Assembly (NCBI GenBank): GCA_965224245.1
Contig: OZ245046.1
Span: 2,720,001 to 2,784,000, forward strand
From: Candidatus Eiseniibacteriota bacterium
Lineage (GTDB): Bacteria; Eisenbacteria; RBG-16-71-46; CAZAMP01
Direction of reading: 5' to 3'
DNA length: 64,000 bases
This document shows positions 38,105 through 50,842 of the stretch, piece after piece. The notes below the pieces were generated by a model, which saw only the letters and a list, made by a program, of their open reading frames with translations, was not told where the DNA came from and did not search any database. The position numbers and the translations under genes are program-made. Position 1 is the first letter of the stretch. Every line of letters begins with the position of its first letter.

Positions 38105-38449
38105 ATGCGAAGCGTACCCATCTGGCTGCTCGTGATCTCTTTCCTCGCGCTGGCCGGCGCCGTTCTCGCGTGTCCCGCAGTGGTGCGCTCCACGACGACC
38201 ATCGCCAGCTGGACCGTGGACGAGTTCCAGGACCCGTCGGCGGGCACGCCGGTGGAGGTGGAGCTCGAGTTCGTGAGCCTCGAGGCCGGGACCATGATTC
38301 AGTTCTACGACGGCTCGACCTGGACGTCGGTGACCGGCAACGGCACGACGTCCGGCACGGCGGTTCGGTTTCAGTCCGGGAGCGTCACCGTCGTGTACCG
38401 GGACGGTGCCGGATGCGAGGAGGAGATCACGTACGCGTCGGCCGGCTGA
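38105..38449 (+). CDS. Small (114 aa) secreted or lipoprotein-like beta-rich hypothetical protein
   Basis: GGGAG RBS; hydrophobic signal 'IWLLVISFLALAGAVLA-C'; Thr/Ser/Val-rich body with two Cys; normal GC3 bias. Confidence 0.7.
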   Translation: MRSVPIWLLVISFLALAGAVLACPAVVRSTTTIASWTVDEFQDPSAGTPVEVELEFVSLEAGTMIQFYDGSTWTSVTGNGTTSGTAVRFQSGSVTVVYRDGAGCEEEITYASAG

Positions 38450-38473
38450 CCGGCCCGATGTGATCGGGGCGTC

Positions 38474-40009
38474 CTAGCGGACGCCCTCCCAGATCCGGTG
38501 CTGAAAGGCCAGCACGTAGCTCGATCCCTTCCGGCGCCCCTCCTGTGCGATCGCCCCCAGATCCCGCAGGCCGCGGAGGCGGTACTTCGCCGACTCCTGG
38601 GGAATGGCGAACTCGCGCTGGAAGTGCTCGCTCCGGAAGCGCCGCCCTGCCCAGCTCAAAAGGAACCGCGACAGCCGCCGACTCGCCGGCCACCGCGCGC
38701 TCGAGATGGGCAAAAGCATCGTCTCGAGCCGGGTCTCGAGGTGCGGCACCACGGTGGCGTCCATCGTCTCACGCGCGCGATCGCGCACCTCCACCGACGG
38801 CACGAGGGGCATGTCGCTGGGCGCCGCGCGAAGGGACACCCCCCGATCGGCGAGCCGGAGCAGCGTACCGGTGAACCGGGCGAGCGTGGCGCGATCGTGC
38901 TCGACCGACGTGTCCTCGAGCAGCGGTCGGCAGCGCCGTACCGCGACCGATGCCACCGAGGCGGGCAATGCGCCGTCGTCCGCCAGCTCCACCAATCGGA
39001 GCCAGCACCGGAGCTCGTCGGCCCGAAAGCCCCGAGTCGCGCAGTAGTCGGCGGTCTCCGAGAGCAGAGCGGCGGCGCCTTCCACATCCCCCTCGCACGC
39101 CCGACAGAGCACGAGGTTTCGGAGCACGACCGGAACCTCGTTCAGTCGTCCGGCCTCGGTGTGGCAGCGGGCGGCCCTGGCATACGCGGTCTCGGCGCTC
39201 GCATAGTCTCCGCGACGCCGGTGGAGCGCACCGCGGGTGTTGGCGACACGCCCCAGGATCTGGAGGTCCAGCGCGTCGAACGCCTGCGTGTCGACGGCGT
39301 CGAAGAGCGCCAGCGCGTCGTCGTATCGACCGGCCTGGAAGTGGAAGATCGCGACGTCGGCCTCGGCGGTGAGTCGTCCGACCTCGTCACCCTGCTCGCG
39401 GAAGTGGTCGGCGGCCGCCCGGCCGATCTCGATCGCAGAATCCAGATCGCCTCGGTCGGCGCGGAGGGTGGCCTCACGCAGCTCGAGCGCAGCGGCGAAC
39501 TCGCGTATCCGGAGCCGTGACGCCAGCGCGAGCGCACGGAGCCCGCGATCGTGCGCGCCGAGCGCCATGAAGATCTCGGCCTCGGCGAAGTACGTGAGCG
39601 CCCGGCGGCGGCGCTCACCGGGCACGATGCGACGCGCGCGCTCGAGATGCTCCCGGGCCGCATCACGTTCCTGGCGTGGCATGTGCACGTGTAGGGCCAG
39701 ATCGTAGAGCGCGCCGGACCGCTCACCGTCGTCCGCCGCGCGATCGAGCGCCTCGCGGAGGAGGGTCTCCGCGCCGTCGATGTCGCCCAGGGTGGCCATC
39801 ACGCGCCCCGTGCCGGAGAGCAGACGCGCCGAGGCACCGCCGGACTGTCGCTCCTCGTCGAGCGCCTCGTTCGCGTAGGCGAGCAGCGGTCCGCTGTCGA
39901 ACGACGGCGGGACGTCGGATGACGGCCCCCCGTCCGGGAGCCGCTTCAACAGGACGGCACGGAGCTGACGACGAGCGGCGTTCGCATCGCGCGGGCGGAG
40001 CAGGTTCAT
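38474..40009 (-). CDS. TPR-repeat protein with C-terminal winged helix-turn-helix (putative regulator)
   Basis: Tandem TPR-like helices (GDIDGAETLLREAL, GDLDSAIEIGRAA, GRYDDALALFD, GDYASAETAYARA, GDVEGAAALL). The C-terminus 'FQREFAIPQESAKYRLRGLRDLGAIAQEGRRKGSSYVL' has a wHTH pattern. Confidence 0.7.
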   Translation of the reverse strand: MNLLRPRDANAARRQLRAVLLKRLPDGGPSSDVPPSFDSGPLLAYANEALDEERQSGGASARLLSGTGRVMATLGDIDGAETLLREALDRAADDGERSGALYDLALHVHMPRQERDAAREHLERARRIVPGERRRRALTYFAEAEIFMALGAHDRGLRALALASRLRIREFAAALELREATLRADRGDLDSAIEIGRAAADHFREQGDEVGRLTAEADVAIFHFQAGRYDDALALFDAVDTQAFDALDLQILGRVANTRGALHRRRGDYASAETAYARAARCHTEAGRLNEVPVVLRNLVLCRACEGDVEGAAALLSETADYCATRGFRADELRCWLRLVELADDGALPASVASVAVRRCRPLLEDTSVEHDRATLARFTGTLLRLADRGVSLRAAPSDMPLVPSVEVRDRARETMDATVVPHLETRLETMLLPISSARWPASRRLSRFLLSWAGRRFRSEHFQREFAIPQESAKYRLRGLRDLGAIAQEGRRKGSSYVLAFQHRIWEGVR

Positions 40010-40157
40010 GGCAGTCGTAGCCCCCGGTCTGGTGAGCTGGCTCGGCGTGAGACCGAGCGAACGAGCAGGAACAGTCGTATACGGTATTTGGAGCTTACTA
40101 GAATCCACGACCCATATCCAAGACCTAAACGGGGCTTCCAGGCCGGGATTGGGGTTT

Positions 40158-43390
<3,233 letters not shown>

Positions 43391-43394
<4 letters not shown>

Positions 43395-44875
43395 CCCACC
43401 ACTCCGTGCTCGTACCAGCGCCCGCGTTCCCGATCCTCGAACACCCAGAGCCAGCATCCCTTCGCGGTCCGGACGTAGTGGTAGGCCCGCTCGACGCGCC
43501 GGATCCACCATCCGCCCGAGATCACGTGTGGGCCGAGGACCTCTTCCACCGGGCCGCACTCGATGCCGGCGACCCGCCATCCGTCGGACTCGTGACGGGT
43601 GCGAAACGGAAGCACGCGCGGGCGGTCGTGGAGTCGGCGCACCAGACATCCGCGCGCGCTCGCGGGAGCCGCTCCCACGAGCTGCCCCAGCGGCGTCCAG
43701 TCGAAGACGGCCTCGGGCAGGTGGCCGTCACGGGTGACGGCCACCGTGATCGCGTCGTCGCCGAGCTGGGCCCGTACGCGCGCGAGCGCCCGATTGGCCG
43801 CATCGAGATCCCGGGGCGGGCTCTCCACGTAGAGCGGGAGCTGGCGCGCCACCTGTGCGACGCCGCGCACGGTGATCGCCACGTCGACGACCCCGACCTC
43901 GAGCGTGAGCCCCTCGAGTCGCAGCCGCACGAGGTGCACGACCTGACGGAGATCCAGCGTGGGCTCGGCGGGACGGAGCGCCTCGTGGACGTCGGTGCCG
44001 TCGTCCAGGCGCAACGTCATCGCGAGCGACTCGAGCACGTGTCCGCGATGATCGAGCTGCGTGAGGAGCTTCTCGAGAAGTCGCTCGACGACGAGAATCA
44101 GGCGCTCGCGGTCGCACTCCGGTGAGGAGAGACTCCACGTCTCACGTGTGGGGATCTCGATGGGATCGGCGCGGACCGGCGACCAGATCTCGTCGTTCGC
44201 CAGCTGCTGGAGCCGGTACGCGTGGACGCCGAAGCGGCGCCGGATGCCGTTCGGAGGCAGTGACAGGAAGCGTCCGAGTGTCGTCACGCCGAGCCTCAGC
44301 AGATGATCGCGGAGCTCGGGGTCCAGGCTCAGCCGCACGATCGGGACGCGCTGAACGTGCATCGCCTCGGCATCGCGGCTCTCGAACACGATGGGATCGG
44401 CCGGCCGCGTCTTCACCGAGGCGTACGTTCCGAAGCGCGTGAACCCGACGGCCACCGACACCTGAAACCCGGCGCCGAGGATGCTCCGTCGGATCTCGTC
44501 TCCCCAGCGTCGCCAGGACGTGAACAGCTGCTCGAGCCCCCGACCACCGAGCCAGAACACGCCCGGCTCGTGCCCGAACGCCTCGACCTCGGGGGTGAGT
44601 GCCGAGAGCCGCACCCGGAGCGCCCGTATTGCGGAGGCGATCTCGTCGTCCGGCACGACTCCGGCCCGCAGCTGCCGGGTGAGCGAGAGCCCGGTCGCGT
44701 AGCGCATGCCGGGCAGGATGCGGGATCGGCGGGCCGCCTCGTTCAGCCACAGCACCTTTCCTTGCGGCTTGTCCTGATCGACGACGACGACCGGATGCTC
44801 GACCCAGTCCGGATGTCGGGCGACCAGCAGCTGAAGCGGAAAGGCGGGCAGCTCAACACAGGCCATCCGGTCCAT
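43391..44875 (-). CDS. imuB: ImuB, catalytically inactive Y-family polymerase
   Basis: 'MACVELPAFPLQ', 'LNEAARRSRILPGM', 'RLGVTTLG', candidate clamp motif QLPLY, and C-terminal 'GP...GGWW...RAYHYV...LWVFED...WYEHG'. Located between imuA and dnaE2 with an ATGA overlap. Confidence 0.9.
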
Positions 44876-45524
44876 CGCAGCTCTCCGAATGACGCCACCG
44901 GGGTCCGCGGCGCTTGTCCTTGAGCGCCGTCAGCGTCCACGTGAACCGGCCGTGCGATTCGCGCCGAAACACGCCGGCCGTTCGAACGCCGATGATCGAC
45001 CCCAGCGAGGCGCCGTCGCGGCGAGACTCCGTCAGACACAGAACGACGGCGTGATGTCGGGTGGCCAGCCCACCGAGTCGCGTCATCAGTGCGGTCGGCG
45101 CCATGGCGTCGGGGGGAAAATCCAGAATCACCAGACCGAACGCGCCCGAGCGGAGGATCTCGTCGGAGGCTCGCAGGAGCCCCCGCACGTCCGGCGCTCT
45201 GACCACCGGCAACGCCGCGAGATCGATGCCCCAGCGCACCAGGTCGGGTGGATGAAACGCCGACGGACGGCAGGTGATCCAGGCGACCGGCTCGCCACGC
45301 TCCTGCGCCTCGCGCAAGAGACGCGCGCTCGCGGTCATGGCCGCGGTGGTGTACGTGGCCCGAAGCTCCACCAGCGTGCCCGCCAGATCGTCGAGGGACC
45401 ACTGCCCCTCGCCCGTCTCGACCGCGAACGCACGCGCCGAGCGCACACCCTGAATGCGGGACACGCGCGAGAGGCGGGACGCGGTGGACTCGGCCGCCGT
45501 GATGGATCGAGCGTCGACGTTCAT
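44853..45524 (-). CDS. imuA: ImuA, RecA-like accessory protein lacking a Walker A motif
   Basis: 'GTLVEL', 'AQERGEPVAWI', 'FHPPDLVRWGIDL', 'ILRSGAFGLVILD'; first gene of the imuA-imuB-dnaE2 cassette. Confidence 0.85.
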   Translation of the reverse strand: MNVDARSITAAESTASRLSRVSRIQGVRSARAFAVETGEGQWSLDDLAGTLVELRATYTTAAMTASARLLREAQERGEPVAWITCRPSAFHPPDLVRWGIDLAALPVVRAPDVRGLLRASDEILRSGAFGLVILDFPPDAMAPTALMTRLGGLATRHHAVVLCLTESRRDGASLGSIIGVRTAGVFRRESHGRFTWTLTALKDKRRGPRWRHSESCDGPDGLC

Positions 45525-45545
45525 GGGGAGAGCGTACCGCGAAGG

Positions 45546-45574
45546 TGCTCACATGTTCAATGCTCAAATGTTCA
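45546..45574. promoter_or_regulatory. Two tandem LexA-like boxes (TGCTCA-N2-TGTTCA) overlapping the imuA promoter
   Basis: TGCTCACATGTTCA at 45546-45559 and TGCTCAAATGTTCA at 45561-45574. On the minus strand TTGAAC (-35, 45560-45555)-N18-TACGCT (-10, 45536-45531) overlaps the first box. Confidence 0.7.
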
Positions 45575-45597
45575 CTCACCGTATCGTCTTCCCCTCG

Positions 45598-45626
45598 TTG
45601 ACCTTCCCGTTCCCGGGGCGTACCGT
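45598..45626 (+). promoter_or_regulatory. Sigma70 promoter for the riboswitch-btuB transcript
   Basis: TTGACC-N17-TACCGT immediately before the riboswitch P1 stem. Confidence 0.6.
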
Positions 45627-45635
45627 GACTCTCAC

Positions 45636-45856
45636 ATCGTTCTCGGACAGGGAAGACGGTGAGAGACCGTCGCGGACCCGCCGCTGTGACCGGTGACGAC
45701 CCTCGCCCGGGCCCGTGGGGCCCGCCACTGTCGGTCGCGTCTCGTGTGCTCACCGCACGCGGGAACTCCGATGGGAAGGCGCGAGAGGGCGCACGACGCG
45801 CCGGCAGACTCGTCTGTCGTTCGATCGACCCGGAAGCCAGAAGACCTCCCGAGAGC
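45636..45856 (+). promoter_or_regulatory. Cobalamin (B12) riboswitch
   Basis: Conserved blocks in order: AGGGAA (45649), CGGTGAGAGACCG, CCCGCCGCTGTGA, GCCACTG (45724), GGGAAGG (45773), B12-box AGCCAGAAGACCT (45835). P1 pairs TCTCGG with CCGAGA. Upstream of a TonB receptor. Confidence 0.92.
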
Positions 45857-45921
45857 CCGTGACGACTCGCCGCGTCGGACCGCCCGATCGCGCGACGTTC
45901 ACGACGACCCAGGGCTCGGGG

Positions 45922-48090
45922 ATGGCCATGCGGGGTTCGTCTCGATTCGCATCCGCTCTCGTCCACCGACGATCGAAGATCGCACGATCGCAGATCGCAC
46001 GATCGCGGGTCACGGTCGTGGCGACGATCCTTTTCGGATCGCTGCCGGCGCCGGACGTTGCCGGACACGCCGCCACGAAGCCGGGTCCCGCCCCGGACGC
46101 ACGCCACGCGACGACGAGGCCCGACTCCACCGCGATCGACGGTATCCCTCGACCCATGGCCACGGCCGACACGGTCTCCGTCGTGCGGCGTCGTCTCGGC
46201 ACGACCACCGACCTCGACGGCGCGGGCGTCGGCGCCGTCCGCACCATCGACGACGCCGGCCACCGACTGCTCACGGTGTCCGGAATCCTCGACGAGATGC
46301 CCGGCGTTCGCATCCGGCGCTACGGCGGTCTCGGCGCGCTCGAGACCGTCTCCATCCGTGGCAGCTCCAGCCAGCAGGTGGAGGTGTATCTCGACGGTCT
46401 CCCGCTGAACTCGCCGCAATGGGGCGGTGCGAACCTGTCGGAGGTCGGCGTGGATCACCTGGAGCGCGTCGAGGTCTATCGGAGCGGCATTCCCGCGCGG
46501 TTCACGACCGCGGGGATCGGTGGCGTGGTGAACCTCGTGACCCGCCCTCCCGGCGCGACCGAGTGGCGGGTCGGGGCCGTCGGGGGCAGCCATGGGACGT
46601 GGAAGACCTCGATCACCGGCTCCGGCACGATCGCCGGTGTCGAGCACCGGCTCACCACGTACACCCTCCGATCGCGGGGGGACTTCGACTTCCGCAACAC
46701 CCAGAGCACGCCCCGCAATCCCGACGACGACACGATCGCCCCCCGGAGCAACAACGACCTCGCCGAGCACGGTCTCCTGGTGCGGCTCCGGGCACCGCTC
46801 CTCGGCGGTCACGTCTCGCTGCGCGACGAGTGGTTCCTCCGGGAGGCAGGCAATCCGGGCCGGCGCCACATCGAGTTCGAGAACGCCCGGGTCGAGAACC
46901 GCCGGCACGGACTGGCGGCGGGGATCGAGCTCCCCCGGGCGCTCGGAGATCGGGTCGCGACCGAGCTCGAGGCGTACACCCTGTACCGGCGAGATCGGTA
47001 CCGGCCGGGCGGGGAGATCGCGTTGCCGCGCTACGACTCGACACACCGGACGCGAACGCGCGGCCTCAAGGGCATCGTGTCGGTGACCGGTCCACGCACG
47101 GTGGATCGGATCACGCTGGCCCTCGACTCGCACCGCGATCGCTTCGAGCCGGTCGAGGAGCGGGATCCGCCGCGCGAGGGCTTCCGCCGGGAACGACGCA
47201 CGTTCACCGCGTCCGCCGGCGCCGACGTCGCGTTGATCCCCTCGCGCGCGTGGACCGCTCTCGGCTACCGCTACCGGGAGAGCGAGGACAACTTCTTCGG
47301 TCCGGCCCCGTTCGGCCGACCGCCGGAGGCTCGCCCCGACCCTCACTGGTCGACGTTTCACGGACCGAGCGCCGGCGCGCGGGTGACGCTCGCGAGCGGG
47401 GTGACGCTCAGGGCGAACATCGCCGAGTACGTGCGGCCTCCGACGCTGTTCGAGCTCTTCGGAACCGGGGACGACGTGGCCGCCAACACCGAGCTCGTGC
47501 CCGAGCACGGATCGACTCGCGACCTCGGCTGCCGGGCCGAGTTCGGGGGACACGGATGGATCGAGCTGACCGTGTTCCGGGCGGATCGCGACTCGCTGAT
47601 CTTCTTCCGGGAGAACGGCGTCCGGGGCATCAAGGCCGAGAACCTGGAATCGGCGCGCGCCGAGGGGCTGGAGCTCTCCGGAGAGCTCCGGTGGCGAGAT
47701 CGGCTCCGTCTGGAATCGACGTTCGTCACCCAGGACGTGCGCCTGCACGGCCGGCGTCCGCACTGGGAGGGGCGGTGGATGCCTCACGTCTCGCCGCGCG
47801 AGCTGTTCGCGCGGATCTCGATCGTGTTCGGGGCGCTGGTCCTGAGGACCTCCGTCGACGCCGTCGACGGGTACTACGTGGACCCGGCCAATCTTCCCGA
47901 GCAGCGCATCGACGGGCGCGCGATCGGGGCGATCGGGGCCACGTGGCACGCCCCCGGACAGGTGACGGTGAGCCTGGACGTGGAGAACGTGACCGACGCG
48001 GACTACTGGGACACGTACTTCCGCCCGATGCCGGGCCGCAGCGTGTTCCTGGGCGTTCAGATGGAGCTGCCGGGGCCGTTCGGCCACTAG
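45922..48090 (+). CDS. btuB: TonB-dependent receptor, BtuB-like (cobalamin uptake)
   Basis: Plug 'ILDEMPGVRIRRYGG...SIRGSSSQQVEVYLDGLPLN...ERVEVYRS...GGVVNLVT'; 'RPPTLFELF', 'LVPE', 'ENVTDADY...PMPGRS'. Controlled by the B12 riboswitch. Confidence 0.8.
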   Translation: MAMRGSSRFASALVHRRSKIARSQIARSRVTVVATILFGSLPAPDVAGHAATKPGPAPDARHATTRPDSTAIDGIPRPMATADTVSVVRRRLGTTTDLDGAGVGAVRTIDDAGHRLLTVSGILDEMPGVRIRRYGGLGALETVSIRGSSSQQVEVYLDGLPLNSPQWGGANLSEVGVDHLERVEVYRSGIPARFTTAGIGGVVNLVTRPPGATEWRVGAVGGSHGTWKTSITGSGTIAGVEHRLTTYTLRSRGDFDFRNTQSTPRNPDDDTIAPRSNNDLAEHGLLVRLRAPLLGGHVSLRDEWFLREAGNPGRRHIEFENARVENRRHGLAAGIELPRALGDRVATELEAYTLYRRDRYRPGGEIALPRYDSTHRTRTRGLKGIVSVTGPRTVDRITLALDSHRDRFEPVEERDPPREGFRRERRTFTASAGADVALIPSRAWTALGYRYRESEDNFFGPAPFGRPPEARPDPHWSTFHGPSAGARVTLASGVTLRANIAEYVRPPTLFELFGTGDDVAANTELVPEHGSTRDLGCRAEFGGHGWIELTVFRADRDSLIFFRENGVRGIKAENLESARAEGLELSGELRWRDRLRLESTFVTQDVRLHGRRPHWEGRWMPHVSPRELFARISIVFGALVLRTSVDAVDGYYVDPANLPEQRIDGRAIGAIGATWHAPGQVTVSLDVENVTDADYWDTYFRPMPGRSVFLGVQMELPGPFGH

Positions 48091-48193
48091 GCGGCGCCAC
48101 GGCGACGGGCTGGCCGTGGACCCCGGTCGTTCGCTACCATTCCGGGTCGTTCCGTCACGGTCACCCCTCACCTCGAGCCATGGGGCAAGTCGC

Positions 48194-48946
48194 ATGTTTC
48201 GTCAGCACGATCTCGTTCCGAGCGACGCGATGGGACGCCGCATCCACTGCTGGCGATTCGGACACTTTGGTCCGCCGATGGTCGTGTTCCCGTCGGCGTC
48301 GGGCATGGCGCACGAGTGGGACGCTCACGGCATGATCGAGGCGCTGGGTGACTTCCTGGAGGCGGGACGGCTCAAGCTCTACTGTCTCGAGAGCAACGTG
48401 GCCGAGGCGTGGACACGACGCGAGGGAGACCCGGCCTGGCGGATCCGGCGTCACATGGCCTACGAGCAGTTCGTGGCCCGGGAGTTCGTGCCGCTCGTCC
48501 GGAAGGACTGCGAGACCGACGACATCCCGATCGGCGTCACCGGCGTCAGCATGGGGGCCCTGTTCGCGGCGAACTTCGCGCTGAAGTTCCCCGCCGTGTT
48601 CCGCTACGCGTTGTGTCTGAGCGGCCGCTACGACGCGACCCACTTCACCGGAGGGTTCTCCAACAACGACGTCTACTTCAACAACCCCGTCGCCTACGTT
48701 CCGAACCTGAACGGCGAGCTGCTGGACGCCGTCCGGGCGCACGTGCACCTCTCGCTGGTCTGCGGACAGGGCAAGTGGGAGGACGGCAACATCGAAGACA
48801 CCCACCGGATGGCGGACATCCTCGCGTCCAAGGGCATCAGCCACGATCGCGACATCTGGGGACACGACGTGGCCCACGAGTGGGTCTGGTGGCGACGCCA
48901 GGCCCGCTTTCACCTGTCCAGACGATGGGTCGGCCAGCCCTCCTGA
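48194..48946 (+). CDS. Putative esterase (alpha/beta hydrolase)
   Basis: 'FGHFGPPMVVFPS', nucleophile GVSMG, 'LSGRYD', 'YFNNP', 'WGHDVAHEWVWW'. Confidence 0.85.
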   Translation: MFRQHDLVPSDAMGRRIHCWRFGHFGPPMVVFPSASGMAHEWDAHGMIEALGDFLEAGRLKLYCLESNVAEAWTRREGDPAWRIRRHMAYEQFVAREFVPLVRKDCETDDIPIGVTGVSMGALFAANFALKFPAVFRYALCLSGRYDATHFTGGFSNNDVYFNNPVAYVPNLNGELLDAVRAHVHLSLVCGQGKWEDGNIEDTHRMADILASKGISHDRDIWGHDVAHEWVWWRRQARFHLSRRWVGQPS

Positions 48947-49016
48947 CCGGTTTGCTCTAAGGTTCACGCGCGCCGATCTCGATCATCGAAGAGACGTGAT
49001 CGATCGGAGGACCTCC

Positions 49017-50054
49017 ATGGACGACGCGACGCGGATCGACGCCGACCCCGCCCTGGGACCGTGCGAGCAGGCCGAGACCATCCTCGGGCTCATGCTGTCG
49101 AGGTGGGACGTTCCGGCCGGCATCGTGTACGGCGGTCCGGGCGGCATCCTCCGACGCATGGCGATGATCGGCGCCGACGACTCCGAGGACGTCCCCGCCG
49201 TGCTGGACGTGAGCCAGGGTCCGGTGGCGCGTGCGATCACGTCGCAGGCCCCCGTCCTGATCGTGCCGGAGAACGACGGCCTCGACTGGATCCGCGTGTC
49301 CACGCCGCTGGGGACGCTGCGCCCGCGCGCCCTCGCCATCGTCCCCCTGTGCTGGGACACGCGCGTGATCGGCCTCGTGGTGGCCGCCGCGGGCTCGGCG
49401 GAGCAGCAGGCGCGCATCTCCGAGCTCACGCTCCCCTCGGCCGCCCTGGCCATCGTGCTCGAGAACGCGATCCTGCGTGATCAGCTCTCGCGCCTCTCGA
49501 CACTCGACGAGCTGACGGGCACCTGGAATCGCCGGTTCGGCGAGCGCCACCTCGACGAGCAGTTCGCGGTGGCCGAGCGGCACCGCCTGCCGATCAGCGT
49601 GGTTCTCCTCACCGCGACGACCGCCGCGGACGTGACCGGCGATGCCGCGACGTCGAGGCGCCCGGCCGGGTCCGACGCGTTCGAGGCCCAGATCGGCGAG
49701 CGGCTCCTCCAGAACCTCCGCTCCGGTGACGTGGCATTCCGACTGGAGTCGGACGTGTTCGCGATCGTGTCGTCGGGCACCGCTCCCAGCGACCTCGAGC
49801 TCATGGCCGAGCGTCTGGAACGCATCATCGCGCGCCACCCCGTGCTGGTCCGCGGACGGCGGATCGAGCCGCGGGTAAACCTCGGGATCGCGACCTGGCC
49901 GACCGTCCCGGTGTCCAACGGGAGCGATCTCGTCCTGCGGGCACGGCTCGCGCTTCGCGAGGCGGCACGCATGGGCCCGGGACGCATCGCCGTTCACGAC
50001 CAGCGCGACATCTCGGTGCTGCGCATCGATCCGGACGCCCGGCGCGCCGCATAG
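49017..50054 (+). CDS. GAF plus degenerate GGDEF domain protein
   Basis: GGAGG RBS; GAF-like 'ALAIVPL...VIGLV...ALAIVLENA'; 'DELTGTWNRR'; signature reads RLESDVF, with the RxxD I-site (RSGD) retained. Confidence 0.75.
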   Translation: MDDATRIDADPALGPCEQAETILGLMLSRWDVPAGIVYGGPGGILRRMAMIGADDSEDVPAVLDVSQGPVARAITSQAPVLIVPENDGLDWIRVSTPLGTLRPRALAIVPLCWDTRVIGLVVAAAGSAEQQARISELTLPSAALAIVLENAILRDQLSRLSTLDELTGTWNRRFGERHLDEQFAVAERHRLPISVVLLTATTAADVTGDAATSRRPAGSDAFEAQIGERLLQNLRSGDVAFRLESDVFAIVSSGTAPSDLELMAERLERIIARHPVLVRGRRIEPRVNLGIATWPTVPVSNGSDLVLRARLALREAARMGPGRIAVHDQRDISVLRIDPDARRAA

Positions 50055-50106
50055 TCCGGCGCACCGGCGGGCCCCTCGTCATCGGGCCGCGCGCCCGCGG
50101 CGCCGT

Positions 50107-50808
50107 CTACCCGGCGAGCAGTTCGCGGAACCGCTCGGCCAGCGCGGGCCCCGCTCCCTCGTCCTCGTGCTTGAAGAACACGTAGGCGTCGTCCCATCCG
50201 GACTCGCGAACGAGCGAGGCCCACGTCGCCAGATCGGCGTCGGTGTAGTCCTGGCGACGCAGCCGCAGATAGCCGAAGTCGGCGGTGGAGATGATCGCCG
50301 GCTCCTCGTCGCCAACGTCCGCGCTGCACCAGGCGCATCCTTTCTCCGAGAGCGTGCGGTGAACCTCGGCGGTGTTCCACGAGTCGTGCCGGAACTCGAA
50401 CGCGGCCCGCGGCGCGGGCGGAAGCCACTCCAGAAAGGCTTGGAGCCGCTCGAGGTCGGCGCGCAGGAACGGCGGAAGCTGGAACAGGATCGGCCCGCGC
50501 TTGGGTCCCAGCACCTCGAGCGTCTCGTACAGGTAAGCGAGCGCGTCCCGGCAGCTCTCCGCGAGCCGGGACATGTGCGTGATCCGGCGCGATGCCTTGA
50601 TCACGAAGCGGAAGTCGTCGGGTACGTCGGCCGCCCACTTCTCGAGCACCGACGGTCGGGGAAGCCGGTAGAACGTGTTGTTGATCTCGACCGACGGAAG
50701 GCGGGACGCGTAGTACGCGAGCATTCCCGCGGTCGCGAGATCCTCGGGATAGAAGTGGCCTCTCCACTCGGTGTACTGGTAACCGCTGGTTCCGACGTAG
50801 AGTGTCAT
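50107..50808 (-). CDS. DUF72 domain protein
   Basis: 'YVGTSGY.Y.EWRG.FYP', 'VEINNTFYRLP', 'KASRRITH', 'LFQLPP', 'EFRH.SW', 'YLRLR', 'YVFFKH'. Confidence 0.92.
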   Translation of the reverse strand: MTLYVGTSGYQYTEWRGHFYPEDLATAGMLAYYASRLPSVEINNTFYRLPRPSVLEKWAADVPDDFRFVIKASRRITHMSRLAESCRDALAYLYETLEVLGPKRGPILFQLPPFLRADLERLQAFLEWLPPAPRAAFEFRHDSWNTAEVHRTLSEKGCAWCSADVGDEEPAIISTADFGYLRLRRQDYTDADLATWASLVRESGWDDAYVFFKHEDEGAGPALAERFRELLAG

Positions 50809-50842
50809 GTCGCCGCCCGCGTGTCGGTCCTGGGCCGGGTGA

